Below, piece after piece: positions 35,991 to 49,469 of a stretch of 64,000 bases of DNA. The position numbers were made by a program, and so were the translations under genes. The notes beneath the pieces are model-generated. The model did no database searches, had not been told where the DNA came from, and saw nothing but the letters and a program-made list of their open reading frames with translations. Each line of letters begins with the position of its first letter. The first letter of the stretch is position 1. The stretch comes from Ylistrum balloti (lineage: Eukaryota), in assembly GCF_031769215.1 (NCBI RefSeq), contig NW_026782019.1:1674001-1738000 (forward strand), written 5' to 3'.

Positions 35991-37564
35991 TGAATGATTC
36001 AAGTCTCATAAGTTTAAAAAAATCATATAAAAGGGCGGGGGATATAAGAAACCAAATTATACACTATTTATACCATTCACAGAAGTCAGGAAGTATAAAA
36101 TTGACCTATGACTGACTGAGGCCATAGAAGACATCATCGGTTGTTGGAGAGTAGTCTCTGATTACACTTACTAATAAGACGACTCTTGACGAATAGCTGT
36201 GTGAACGCAGCACTCGTCGTCAGAGTATGTATAATGTTCTACAAAGAGATGACAAGATCCTCCATTCATTGGCCGGAGACGGATCCCTTTGTTAAGTGGA
36301 TATGGATTCGGAGTACAACCAAATTAACTTATTTGATCATTTTACAGGACAGGCACCAGTGATGGACAATCGTCTTCATCCGTGTTGTGAACGCTTTGAA
36401 CAATGTGTCTTTCAGAGATGGCAGAAACAAGAAATAAAGAGGTTTGTTTCCACACAGAAATGCAATCTATACACAAGCAAAGCAATGTTTATGGAGCATA
36501 TCAAATTGGCAACACCCACAGACATGCGAGGCTGTTTCTTACTATCAAGAAGCCTAAAACGATTGTATAAAGACGTTTAAGAAAGTATCATATTTCTACA
36601 ACTTTATAATTTGATCAATCTGCACAAGGAACCGGAATGGTCAGTTGCTAAAGAATTTGTAGAGGACAGCAAGCTGCATTGACGAATCATCTTCTTGGCT
36701 TTCTGTTTTCGAGCATAATATCACAGTTAACGTATAGTGCAGTGATTAGCAAGAAGAAATTAGGGACTGAAGTTACGAAGAAATGAAGAAATTGATACCA
36801 ATAGAGATGAAACTTCCGAGTACAACCGAATTGTAAAACCAATTGTTCGATCGTCCGACGATGGGGCCGCGTAGTACAACTAACAGTGATGAGTTCAGCT
36901 TTTTCATTACAGGGACAAGAAGAGTATTTCATTTGTGTGTTTTTTTGGGGTTTTTTTTGTACAATCAGTTTCATTCCAATTGAATAAGTCTTCTCATTTC
37001 TCGAGCTCAAACACGTGCTGAGAATATTTTGATGTTATCCCGAGGTACTTTAGTCTATAAAGATGAAACGTTGGTTAAGGAACCCTGGTGAATGCTGGTA
37101 CTTTGAATCTTCTCTTGTCGGTGCCATGCAGAGTGAAAGATACCACAGAAAGAAGATATCCTAATTTTCGAAAATCTTTCAGCTTGGAGGGACAATTAAG
37201 ATAATTTGTAATTGAAAGACGTGCTTTTCAGCATTACTCTGTTGGACGGAGAGGATGGACCATTATTGTATTATTGCCTAGGTTACACTTGAGTTAGGAG
37301 GTGATAGATTATTATCATTTCTATAGTGTGTATGTCGGTAAAGTAAGGTCTATAAGAAATGTATCACATCAGCACATCTGCCTCTTTGATCTATTAGCAG
37401 TTGCTTACAAATTTCATCGTATATCCACTTGGGAACAACTGCGTCAACATGAAAATAAGGAAGATTTTATTATATCTAAATAATTTTCGCTATGACGACA
37501 CTTACATATTATAACTATGAAAAACGAAGACATCGCGTAAATGTACTTGAATGGTAGCACATCA

Positions 37565-37821
37565 GAGCCCGTATTCATGAAAGTCGTTCTTATGCTCAAA
37601 CATTAATTTTGTGCTCAAGACTTATGTATTGTTTAAGTTAAAAATTGATAAATAAGGCTGATTTAAAAAAAAAGGAATTGAAAGGACTTCAAGTCAAAGT
37701 CATAATCAATGTTTACATTTCATATTTGTATTATTTTATATGATTAAGGCGAGTTATAAAAAGTTTGCTTGAGCACATAATCTATGCTTGAGCATGAGAA
37801 TGGTTTCACGAATACAAGCCC
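37565..37821. mobile_element. MITE-like element with imperfect TIRs
   Basis: Left GAGCCCGTATTCATGAAA versus reverse complement of right end GGGCTTGTATTCGTGAAA, plus internal ATGCTCAA/TTGAGCAT inverted motifs. No clear TSD. Confidence 0.55.
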
Positions 37822-38650
37822 AGGTCATGGGTTTAAAGTTGCTTTGTAATTGTCATAAAATTACGTTCTCGTATCTAACTTCATCTTGAACCTTCTAACC
37901 ACTTAGTTATATCATAGAGAAATCAACTACCACCCATCCTTGGTGAAATCGTGGATGATATGAGATGATTCGGAATCACGGTCTACTCCTTAAGTACAGG
38001 TGCTGGTCACAATGTTACTTTTCTCTGGGTCGTGTGCTCTAATTTATAAGATAACCACTTCTGACCCATGTAAGGAGTGTGAACACAACAGATAAAACAT
38101 ACTATACATAAATAAAACCAAAATAAATAGGGGATCACAAACATATACCAACATATGCCTACTCACATTATTTTATACATTAGTGTACATAGAATTGTAG
38201 TACTGCCGGAAAAATCGCCCATTTCCCTACAATGTCGTTCACTCCATACTTAATTGCTCATACGCTTTGCGCTTAAATCTTCTGCTGGTTGTGTTATGAG
38301 AACTTTTATTCCAACGACATTACTTACTAAGAAAGTACAAATAGAAACTGCATCATACAGCTGTAATGTCCTTCTAAGACTCGTCAAAGATGCAAAGAGT
38401 CTAGTTTTCATAACCCTAGGAGGCGACAGACGGAAATGCAATATGAAAAAAGTCGGAATTTAGATTAGGAGGTACAGCAGCCCCATAATTTATTACATTT
38501 AACAAGTTTGATATGTGTATTAATTTCAGAAGAAAGCGCATGTGTTTATTCCGAGCCGTGTCATAATTTGAAAAAATCAAACGTAGCATTTTTAAGACAA
38601 TTTAGAAATGAGTGCAGTACTCCCAATTAATGGATTCAACTGCATCAGAC

Positions 38651-38935
38651 CACAGGCACTCGAGGCCAGGATATTATTTTTTAAACATTGATTTTTGTTT
38701 TAGCACTCATGACTGACGTTATTTAAACGAAATATCAGCAGAATTCAAGTTTATGTGCCGGTTGACAAATCCGAGGTCCACGGTCATTAAAAATACACAT
38801 TAATGACCGTGGACCTCGGATTTGTCAACCGGCACATAAACTTGAATATGATATTTCGTTTAAATAACGTCAGTCATGAGTGCTAAAACAAAAATCAATG
38901 TTTAAAAAATAATATCCTGGCCTCGAGTGCCTGTG
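38651..38935. mobile_element. 285-bp foldback MITE (near-perfect palindrome) with 8-bp target-site duplication
   Basis: Arms 38651-38790 and 38800-38935 are reverse complements except for one 5-vs-1 nt difference; 9-nt loop. Termini CACAGG...CCTGTG. CATCAGAC is duplicated at 38643-38650 and 38936-38943. Confidence 0.93.
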
Positions 38936-39325
38936 CATCAGACAGCTGTTTCGTGCTTCTATGCGCCATCGGTAATGTCATGGGCCTATATATTTTTTAA
39001 AAAAAAACCTAGGAGTCGACTGAAGATAATATTGTGAAATATACAATCATGCAATAACAGGTACACAGTCTGAAGCGCCGTGTGCACTCAGAAAAAGTTT
39101 GTGGAGCATGTCGAATTAACATAGACCTGATATGACCAATTGCTCAACACGAGGTTCAACGCTATGACAACGATCACGTGATGTCACAGATATGTCAACC
39201 TTTTTTTCATCTCAGGCAAGACGAGTATTTCATTGATATCTTTTGTACAAACGCTCAGTTTTCGAGTTCGGTCATGATGTGTTGAGGAAGTTTCGATATC
39301 AGCTAAAGTGTTTTGTCTATGAAAG

Positions 39326-42300
39326 ATGCAATTATCATACCGGATACCCCGTTGGTTGCTGAGAATTCAGTATATTCCTTATAGATACCATGGAGAATGG
39401 GAGATACAAGACAAAAGAGATATATTTTCTCAGAAATCGTTCCGCTTGGAGCACAAGAAACAATTTAGCAAGTATGCAGTTAAGAGTTGTGCTTTGCAGA
39501 ATCACACCCATAGCTTCAGAGAGAAGACACTAAATGCATTACGCCATGATTGCAGTAGAAGAACCATTTCCGATCATTCTTCCACATCATACAGGTAAGT
39601 ACCAATTTCCAGGTTGTTTTAATTTATGTAGTGTGCGTGTCAACAAAGTGAGGTAAGTGTATCACCTGTCGCGTCTTTACAAATCAATGACGTTGCAGGC
39701 ACCAGTCCTATAGATTGTAAGGCAACTCGTATAACAATAACATCGTGACCAGTACATGTAGCAGGTAGATCATGTTTCTGAATCATTGCGTTTCCTTTGC
39801 TTTTTAATTACGTTAGGACGGGGTTGTTTTAGTTCTCCATAATAACAATGAAACATTGATAGGGTTTAAGATAAAGGCTTTCATCAACGCGACAAATTCG
39901 TTATCATTATGTGATTGATTTTGCGACAATGTGATGATAACAAACTAATTGCCAATGTTTTGAAAAAGAACATTTGTTCACAAATTGGTGTGATATGGAG
40001 TTCGAAAAAATTTTGCCTCAATACAGGGTTTTTTAAATAAGCCCCGTCTGTCAATGTGCATTGTCAACTAGTATTGTTGTCCCGTTATGGTAACATATCC
40101 GTTCTAAATTTTGACGCCAGTAGCATATTCGAGTTTCTTCATGTCCACCTGTGTTGGGTCAATCCTTTAACAAGAACTGTTTAAAGAATCCAAACTTCAA
40201 AGCCAATACACAATTTCCGTTGTCAAAGACATAAATAAGTTCTGAATTGTGAATGCAAATACCGATATATTTATTTGTTAACAGAAATCTGTATATAAAC
40301 TTAATTGTGATGACCTATAGATTGGTGTTATAATAGCAAGAAGAACTATATTTTTCTCACTCACTCTAAATATCTCATTACCTACATGTTATAACATATA
40401 TTTTTTTTCGTTTTTTTTTTCTCCAAACTTATATGTACGCTACTTTTGTGATTATATTGCATGATATATCTTCGCTGTACATTATTCAGGTTTTTTTCGG
40501 AAGGAGTGAAAGTCAGATCATTATTGCTTTTCAAATTGAATAAATAACAATTTTAAAAATAAATACACAAAACAAAACAAAAAAAGAAAAAAAAAAAAAA
40601 ACCACAAAACAAACAAAACAAATTTACGGGAGCAATTAATTTCTTCAACTTCATTATCTATATTTTTAAGAATAATAGATATATAAAAATATATCTCTGA
40701 TGATGTGTCCTTTGTGTGTTGTATAGATTTTATAAAAGAAATTTTAAGATTTATCAGTCGATTTATTTTTTAATAATATACTGTACTATTATTTTGGTTT
40801 GTTAATTTGTCATCGTTATCTTAGAGCCATGAACATGACATTTCTTCAGATAAAAACAAGTTTCAAAAAACATATATAAAAAACATAAATATTTAGAATC
40901 AAGAATATATCTTCGTTATATATACAATATATACTAGAAGGATGAAATAGGATCGGGAATATGTCTACGTGTATATATATATATTTAGAATAATGAAGAT
41001 ACTTTATTCCTGCGTGCAGTGTGGGACACTCGACAGTTAGCTGCCCTGCGTCTTTTGCGGGATGACAGAAAAAAACTCCTACTTGTATCAATTACCTCCA
41101 AATGTCTTGAGAGTTGTTTAAATGTCACCTTCATGCTTCATGTACTTTTGAATATGTATCTAGTCATTTATTCACACAAAACAGAAACCGATCTGTTTTA
41201 TATCATTTATAACATGGTTATATTAAATGTTGTCTACATATCATTTACATGCATTCCAGTGGTCAATGCTGTACACGGGATCAATTACAGCACTACACCA
41301 TCAAAGATATCACTGCGGAACATGGAAAACTTTTGTTCAGCGGTATACCGTTTGGGTACTTAGATCGTTCAGGTAAATGTACTTATATTCTTTTGTTGTA
41401 CACTCACAAACTACCTCTATACAATAAACACACACATATAAAGATATTCACAAATTTACAAACTATGGTAAAATACGAACAAAAGACAGATTTATAAAAA
41501 GATGCCTGAAAAACATGTCAGGAGAATATCAGCAGGTGTTCCGGAAGAGCAAGCGTCTTCTGCCCCGTCCACTACACCAGCAATGTAAATCTAGGTAAAC
41601 CCAAGTAAGTAATGTCACGTTCCAAAAGAAGAAACAGGGTAAACATCAAGGGAACTATCTGGATAACTAACGAGCATCAATAGTTTGATGGAACCGTCCA
41701 TGATGCTCTCGTTGTGGAAAATGTGGCTGATGTAGAATCTGTCCCTGATTTAAAATAGATAAATCAAAATTCTAAATATTACACATTTGACACTCTTTTT
41801 TTTTTGTCTAACATCTTTTTCCGTTCACTAACAAGCATTACTTATTTTATTTTATTCCTCATTAATTGTTCTTTAATTCTTCAACTGAAAGTTACTATTG
41901 CATATAACTACAGGAATGGTAAAAATGAAATATAAAGATAACTCTGTGTGTTGTTTGTTATCACTTCGGCTGTCCCAATATTGAATTGAAATACCAGTAG
42001 CACCCTATTTGATATTTTTGTGAATCATTACAGGTCATATATCAATATGGAACGTAATCAACATAATGAGGGATGCATTCAACTGTGTGTACAATCAAGG
42101 CTACATGGACCATGCTAGACTGATGGAAAATAATACCTTATTTTCAGTGAAAGTGCATTACATGGCAACAGATGAGTTCTACACCAAGGCTGCCTTATTT
42201 AACCCGGTAGCATTTGAGTGCACGACAGCTCTGAAATCAATCGGGCAGTCATCGATTATAGATTCGATCACCTTGACGGAAGAAACATCAGGAATACTGT

Positions 42301-42800
42301 TTGCAAAATCGCTATGTAAATGGGTATATTTTTGCAATCAAAACAAGAAACCAGTCCCTTTGCCAGACTGGTTTGCCGAAAAGTATACCAATCCTAACTC
42401 GGATGAGGCAACACTTCTGTTAGGTAAAACACCACCACTGAGTGTCCCTCAGCAGATGTTCTCACACAAATTGCAGACCCGTTATACTGACATTGACAGT
42501 AATGGTCACGTTGCCACCGAAGAGTACTTCCGGTTTTGTATGGAATGCGCGATGGAAGCCTCTAGAGCAGGGTTTTGCCGGCAATTCGTTTCCGAATTTT
42601 GGCTTTTTCCTGTGTTGGAGGCGGATATGACATTATTGAGTCCTATCATTGAGAGAACGGAGCTGAATATCCTCACTTGGCAATGTGAATATAATGCTGC
42701 CAAGATGTATTTTGTTGTAATGGAAAGGAACAGCAGGAAATTTGAAGGCTCGTTCTTGTTCAGCGAAAACAAGCTGAAACCAGTACCAAACAAACTTTAA
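39326..42800 (+). CDS. Double hot-dog-fold thioesterase-like protein (4HBT/YbgC/acyl-ACP thioesterase superfamily), 3 exons, about 382 aa
   Basis: Exons 39326-39594 (TAC AG|GTAAGT), 41260-41372 (ttccag|T ... TCA G|GTAAAT) and 42034-42800 (attacag|GT ... TAA) join in phase. Two hot-dog motifs: FGYLDRSGHISIWNV and LQTRYTDIDSNGHVATEEYFRF, with linker NKKPVPLPDWFAEKY. The last exon is the 244-aa ORF in the track. The start codon is less certain than exons 2-3. Confidence 0.78.
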
Positions 42801-44544
42801 TGGATAAACCGAACGAAACGTGTTGTTTGTGTACATGAAAATGTTTAACCTTTATTCTGTAACCTTCATTAACACATATTTCGTAGAACTGGGCTAATGT
42901 ATTTGATATACTACATATCATATAAGCATGTATTATGGTTTAAAATTCCTTGGTTTATTTTTTCGCCAATGGATGAGAGTAACTTAAGTGTCCACGACTG
43001 TTTAAATTCAGTTGAACATTGATCTATCTTTATTATTTTATAAAAGATTGGTAGATGGTTATATGGTTTGACAACTCTGTATGTAAGTAAATAATAGTAG
43101 TATAGGAGAACTTCTTTAATACTAATTTGTGATCTTGCATATGGGTGTTAGGTGATTATAAAGAGGAAAGAATTAACGCAATTACCTCTCATTTGTTTTA
43201 ATAGATCTGACATGTGTTTGACACGTATCAACATTTAAGTGACTCATGTCAGAAAGTTCATAGATATTAATCCTAGAATCCGGAGTACGATGTGGGAATG
43301 GTGCACTAATGTAGAATTGTCTTTTCAATTAACAACATTAGTATTAAAAAGGAGGAATGTAAGCACTTAACCGCATTTAGTGGCATTCATGTGCTTTATG
43401 AATGTCAATTATAATGATCAATTGTCCTTTTTCTGTCGACTACAATTCAGATGAAAAAATCTCTTTCTCCATTTTTTTTGTTATTGTTTCACAGCATATA
43501 CCAATCATTAAAACAAAACAAATAAATTCTGATGCAATTTGGTCGATGGTTAACCAAAAATTGACGGGACTAAATGCGTGCTTGACTTGGTTTTCATAGG
43601 AATGATATAGCTCACTGGTCCTCCTCGGAATCCAGCCAGATGTTTGCTAAATATACCTGGTACAGACTTCTGCATCCTTATATTACTATATAATTAGCAA
43701 ATGATGATTCTATTAGAAAATGAGTTTGATATTACCTCTCTCCGCAATGAAAATGACTTGTTTATAAGGATCTCAGCAGTTGATCGGTTGGTGGGTGTAT
43801 TGTTTACAACCATGAGACAGCGGTTGATTGGTTTAATATTTCTGACCCTGTGGCTATTTGACGATTAGGCGTAATATACAAACATCATTTGTCAATATAT
43901 AGCATGTTAACTATAACCTATGTACACTTCATGTTAGAAACTTGAGATAAAAGGATTTAGTTTAGTATGTATTGAATAACTTTCCGTGACATAAAGCTGC
44001 AATCAAAATCAAAACATTGGTAAAATATCAGTGTAAAGAACATGTTCTTAGAAATGCTTCATAGTGCTATGTATCTATTCAAACTTGAATCAGCTGAATC
44101 CATGCCAAACATGTTCTACAAAAAAAGCATGTTTCAGAGCAAATTTATATATGTCATAATAATTTACACTAAACAGAGGTGAAATGTACTGTTTAATCAA
44201 TAGCTCACCATATTGCTACTTGTAATAAAACAAATGTTAATAGTTTCATGTTAGTTTCTTGTTTTCATTTCACCAGATATAAAAGACTTAGCTTATGCGA
44301 TGGCCAACGTTCTTAATTTCAACATCTGTAAAGTTTTTTCGCCGAGTCTGGTGTAGTGTGTCCTTGTATAAGAGAGTTTCGGTTGCTTAGGGGAAATAGT
44401 CATATTTTAAATTCATTTCGGAAAATAGATTTTTTCCAAATTTGGTCAGAGCATTCTTTAGAGAGGGGAATTAATTTTTAAATGAAAGAACCTCCTTAGG
44501 GTAAAGGGTAGTAGTAGTCATATCAGTGAAAAAGGAAGGAGTAA

Positions 44545-44850
44545 TGAAAACCACCCTGCCACTGCTGGGGTTCGAAATAGCGATCCTTTGGTCTCTAGCC
44601 AGACATTCTACCGTCTTAAGGGGAAATTCTTACTAGGTAAGGCTTCTACAGTACCTCCTCTACAAAGTCCTTGACCCCAAAACAACATATCTCCAAGGAA
44701 GCATCATAACCTATAGTTCTACCCTTGGAATGGTCAATGGCACCAAATCTGTAATAGGAAGGAGTCACGAAAAAATATCATGACACAGCCTGGGTTGGAA
44801 CAAGCGACCCTTCGGTCTCTAGGCGACGACCTGTCCTCTCAGCTTCTACA
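44545..44850 (-). mobile_element. Two degenerate tRNA-derived SINE heads (about 44545-44612 and 44780-44850)
   Basis: Minus strand GGTAGAATGTCTGGCTAGAGACCAAAGGATCGCTATTTCGAACCCC and a related copy CGCCTAGAGACCGAAGGGTCGCTTGTTCCAACCCAGG. Confidence 0.5.
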
Positions 44851-45009
44851 TAAGTATACTCAACAAAAACGGAAACGCACAATTAAATTATGATATTTTG
44901 GGAAATTTGTACAAACTTTTACATCAATGTGAAGGAACAAGTCTACTCTTTACAATACTGTAGAAGAAAAGTCTGTGTGACGTCACTCGTGTTGTCAGTA
45001 GTTACTCTA

Positions 45010-45580
45010 TGGGGGATACCCACAAAACGACACTTCAGCATCTGGTGTGGGCACCTCTTTCACGAATCCTTGCGCGGATTATCCTATGCATTGAATTCAT
45101 GAGAACATTAATTCTCCTCAATAGACCATTGTTCCGTCCCTGTGTTAATGCTGTGATCAACTGGGCGCGGTTAGTTTGGAGAATTGACGTTTCCTAAAAC
45201 GCCTGTCCAGCTCATTCCACAATGGGAGAGATGTAGGGTCTATATAGGGGCCATTCCAGAGGCTGAATGTTGTTTGCCAGGAGAAAATCACGTCAGACTC
45301 CGGCAACATGCGGTCGAGCATTGTCTTGCTGGAAAATTCGGTTATGACGTCTGAGAAATGGAAGGACATGTGGTTGGAGGATCTGGTCTCTGTATCGAAC
45401 GGCATTGAAGTTTGGATCCAGGACCACTAAGGGGGATTTTACTCCATGGGAGATGCCTCCCCAAACCATTACGAAAGACCCACGGAATCTATCGCATTCA
45501 ACCACGCATGAGTCGGCGAAACGCTTTTTGAATGATAGACAGAATCTAGACTCGTCGGTGAACATAATTTCACAATTGTC
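45010..45580 (-). mobile_element. Tc1/mariner (DD34E-type) transposase relic, C-terminal part, disrupted
   Basis: Translation IMFTDESRF ... VMVWGGIS ... NAVRYRDQILQPHVLPF ... FQQDNARPHVA, then LEWP..P.ISPI past a stop. Contains stops, frameshifts and an internal deletion. Confidence 0.9.
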
Positions 45581-46770
45581 CTTTCTTTGTACTTTATTTA
45601 CCGAGTACATAGTTACTATTTTTATATCTGGGACACAAGTCTCACCAACCTGACATGTATATACAACACAACAGATATAGAATACAACATTAAATATTGA
45701 TCCTTTTCTTTATTAATATCACACGAACAGCTATGATACTGCCCATTATTTAAACAGCTGATGTAAACATACGTATCATGGTATATATATATGTATCACA
45801 GAGATTGAGAGTCTGATAAAATTATCCCATATAAATAAGTAGCCACACACACCAACACACATATGTACAATTTGTCATATTGTAACGGTAAACATACTTT
45901 CCCAAACATCCTTAATAATAGTATTTGTAACAATACTGAATATCTTAAATGCTTCTAATAGTTACATTTCATGTACAATTATTATGACATAAACAAATTC
46001 TGAAAGCATTTAAAAGTTCAATGACATTTGTTTCTGTCAATGTCACATGGATACATTTATAAAATATCATGTATTTGGGGTCAAGGTAATAAATTTTCAC
46101 TAAGTCATATAGAACAAACGTCTATTGGTTCTTGTTTCCAAAATCAAGAATCCTGCTTGGCAGCAAATTTCAAGGTCACAACTATCTTGTCACTAAGATT
46201 TTTCCAATCCAAGGTCACCAATATATTATCATAAGGTTATGTTTTTCAGTTCAAGGTCACATATATGTTATCATGAGGTTATGTATTCCAGTTCAAGGTC
46301 AACTATACGTTATTAGGTCATTTTTATGAGGTCACATATACCTTGTCATTAGGGTATTTATCTCAATAGAAAGTCACATATAGGTTATCCACCACAATGC
46401 TTACATAGTATATTATTAAACAATACTGAAGGGTTCCTTATCATATGTCAGTAAAATATCACAGTAATGAGAAACAAACATCAACCAATCAGCTGATACT
46501 ACTGTCGCTTTATTGTCATATGACCACATCTGATTGTCATTGTCGCCATTGCTCTGAAGCAGAGATGAAACTGTCGTTGAGAAAGATTCAAATTTGTTCA
46601 AACTGGAACCTGTAGAGGTACACATATACTGTGGATGTCTTGCTGCAGTTATGAAAGAAAAGTTCCTTCTAATACTTATCACACTCAGACATTTTTATCT
46701 TTCCTTACTACAAACAGCTGATTGTCCAAACCACAAATCTGAATACAATTCTTCTCAATACATGCGGTAC

Positions 46771-46945
46771 CACAATGCACCCTGGAAGAATGGTACTGCA
46801 ATGCACTCTTGGAGAGTGGTACTGCAATGTACTTTGGGAAATTGGTATTGCAATGCACCCTGGTAGATTGCTACTGCAATGCATTCGGGAGAGTGGTACT
46901 GAATTGCATTTTGGGAGAGTGGTACCGCAATGCATTCTGGGAGAT
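46771..46945. repeat. 26-bp degenerate minisatellite, about 7 copies
   Basis: Unit approximately CAATGCACTCTGGGAGAGTGGTACTG. Confidence 0.8.
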
Positions 46946-47937
46946 ATTGATATAGATCATCACTAACAACCCTGTCTCTGTAATTGAGCTTGATATGTAA
47001 ATAACATGTAACCTATTACAATTGTCTATATCATAAATCAAACATATCCATCACAAAATAAAACATTAACCCTATCTAAAATTCAAACTCCAACTGATCT
47101 CAAAGTAGGCCATTTTTTCTATAGAAATCAACAGGATGGCAAAACTCCATCAAATACTGAGCACTCAACAAGGATCACAAGAATGGATATCTATACTATA
47201 TCACAGCCTCCAAAGCACTTTCATAAATAACACAGATCTCGACAAGACTTTGTAATCAGTGATCACAAAAGACTGATAGAGACTAAACCTTCGACTTTTT
47301 CTACAGGTTGTGTTACCTTTTAACCATTAGGGTGATTAATCAAACATTTGATCAATTTATATGACAAGTAAATGAGCTAAATATGATATGACACCAGCAT
47401 GAACATCATTACCACAGAACATGTACTGGGAATCCTTTTCTCACATTACGCCATATAGTAGCAAAAACGGTAAGATATCTTGATTAAACTAGGTCACATC
47501 TACTATATATATTTCACAAGTATAAGATAAAATTCTATAGGAAAGTCTTATAAGCTAAATGGCATCCAACAACCGGAGGACAGTATTGTAAAAACAATAT
47601 TACATTGTTATGTATGTTTAAACAACATCATCAAGTCAAATATATTGCACCAACAAGATAACAAGACATCTTCACATACTTCCTCACCACTTTTATGTAT
47701 CAAATGATTGGCAAGTGTTTAAGCAATTTTTTACCTGAAAGCTGAGCTATTGTCTCTACACAGCTGTGCACTCTACATGACTGAGGACATGCTCGGAATA
47801 AACATTCCCATCACACACTAATGGACATGATAATCTGCATACTTCACACCATATACTATTTAACAAGCTTAAATGGAAGAACATTTCATCTGGAAATTAA
47901 AACAAAAAACTTGAAGTTATGTGTAGTAATACAATTA

Positions 47938-48090
47938 CAGTAAAACCTTGTTATTTCATGGAAAAGCTTCAAGATAACCGAGTATTCAATTTAAGTGAGT
48001 TCAAATGTTTTGTGTCAAGGGACCGACAAAATGCTTTAAATTAAACAGAGTGTTCGATTTATATGAGTTCAAGATAACAAGGCTTGACTG
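47938..48090. mobile_element. 153-bp Tc1/mariner-pogo-type MITE with TA target duplication
   Basis: TA|CAGTAAAACCTTGTTAT ... ATAACAAGGCTTGACTG|TA; 17-bp TIRs with 2 mismatches. Confidence 0.8.
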
Positions 48091-48699
48091 TAATCCAATA
48101 CTTAAAAGGTAAAAATATCCAGGGTTTCCTTTGATAACTATAAAAAAAGTCTAATTGTATGCCAAACTCTAAATTTTTTTCAATTTCAGATGGTCATATA
48201 AAGAAGGTTAAAATGGTGCTTTACATTGTCAGGCACAACATATGATAATACAATGTCATAGATTATGCTACTTGGTCCCGAACTTTTTGTTGATTTTTTT
48301 ATTTAGTTTATTATAGAAAATAAAATGAATAGAAAATCTAGTGGTTTCCCTTTGAAAACATGTATATACTTTCTTCATATCATATAATAATCCAATAATT
48401 TTAACTTGTGTTTTTGTATTTTTGAAAAATATCAACATTTTGCCATACTCAAATTTGATGGAAAACGATTCTATCTATTACATTTTACATAAAATGGAAA
48501 TTGTCCTATTTTCCTATTTTTGGGTGGAAATTTCATTGTAGAAACTAGCAACCATTGTTGTACATCAAACACTGTTTGATTGTAGTAAACCTTCAGATCA
48601 GGGTACAGGATGACAGTATCAGTGGCACCATAACACTGGCAGTATCAAAAAACCTAAAAAAAAAGACATCTAAATCAAAGTTATAAATATCATGTACAC

Positions 48700-49455
48700 A
48701 TAGCATACCCAGGGTATAACTGATAGAACCAAGGGCATGAGTGAGAGTACCCAGGATTTTACCTTAGACTACCCAGGGTATAACTGATAGAACCAAGGGC
48801 ATAAGTGAGAGTACCCAGGATTTACCAAAGAGTACCCAGGGTATAACTGATAGTACTGTGGCATTAGTAACAGTACTCAGGATTTAACATAGAGTACCCA
48901 AGGTACAACTGAAAGAACTGTGACATTGGTTATAGAACACAGAATTTACCTTAGAGTACCCGGGGTATAACTGATAGTACTAGAAGCATTAGTGAGAGTA
49001 CCCAAGATTTACCTAAGAGTACCCAGGGTACAACTGATAGTACTGTGGCATTACTGATAGTACACAAGATTTACCTAAGAGTACCCAGGGTACAACTGAT
49101 AGTACTGTGGCATTACTGATAGTACACAAGATTTACCTAAGAGTACCCAGGGTACAACTGATAGTACTAGTGGCATTACTGATAGTACACAAGATTTACC
49201 TTTAGAGTACACAGGGTGTAACTGATAGTACTAGTGGCATTACTGATAGTACACAAGATTTACCATAGAGTACCCAAGGTATAACTGATAGTAATAGTGG
49301 CATTAGTGATAGTACATATGTGCAGTTCCTGGGATACTAATATTAACCAGGACACCACTGTTGTACCTGGGGTACTAATATTAACCAGGACATCACTGTT
49401 GTACCTGTAGTGTTGTACCTGGGTACTAATATTATCCAGGACATCACTGTTTACT
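48700..49455. repeat. Composite minisatellite (~63-bp and ~38-bp units) just downstream of the TTLL11 stop codon
   Basis: Units GAGTACCCAGGGTATAACTGATAGTACTGTGGCATTA.. and GTACTAATATTAACCAGGACATCACTGTTGTACCTG. Confidence 0.85.
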
Positions 49456-49469
49456 ATATCAGTAATACA

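Noticed and set aside
41490-41760. Possible non-LTR retroelement 3' fragment in thioesterase intron 2
   Set aside because: It resembles mollusc repeat tails by eye, but has no translatable motif, poly(A) tail or TSD to support a call.
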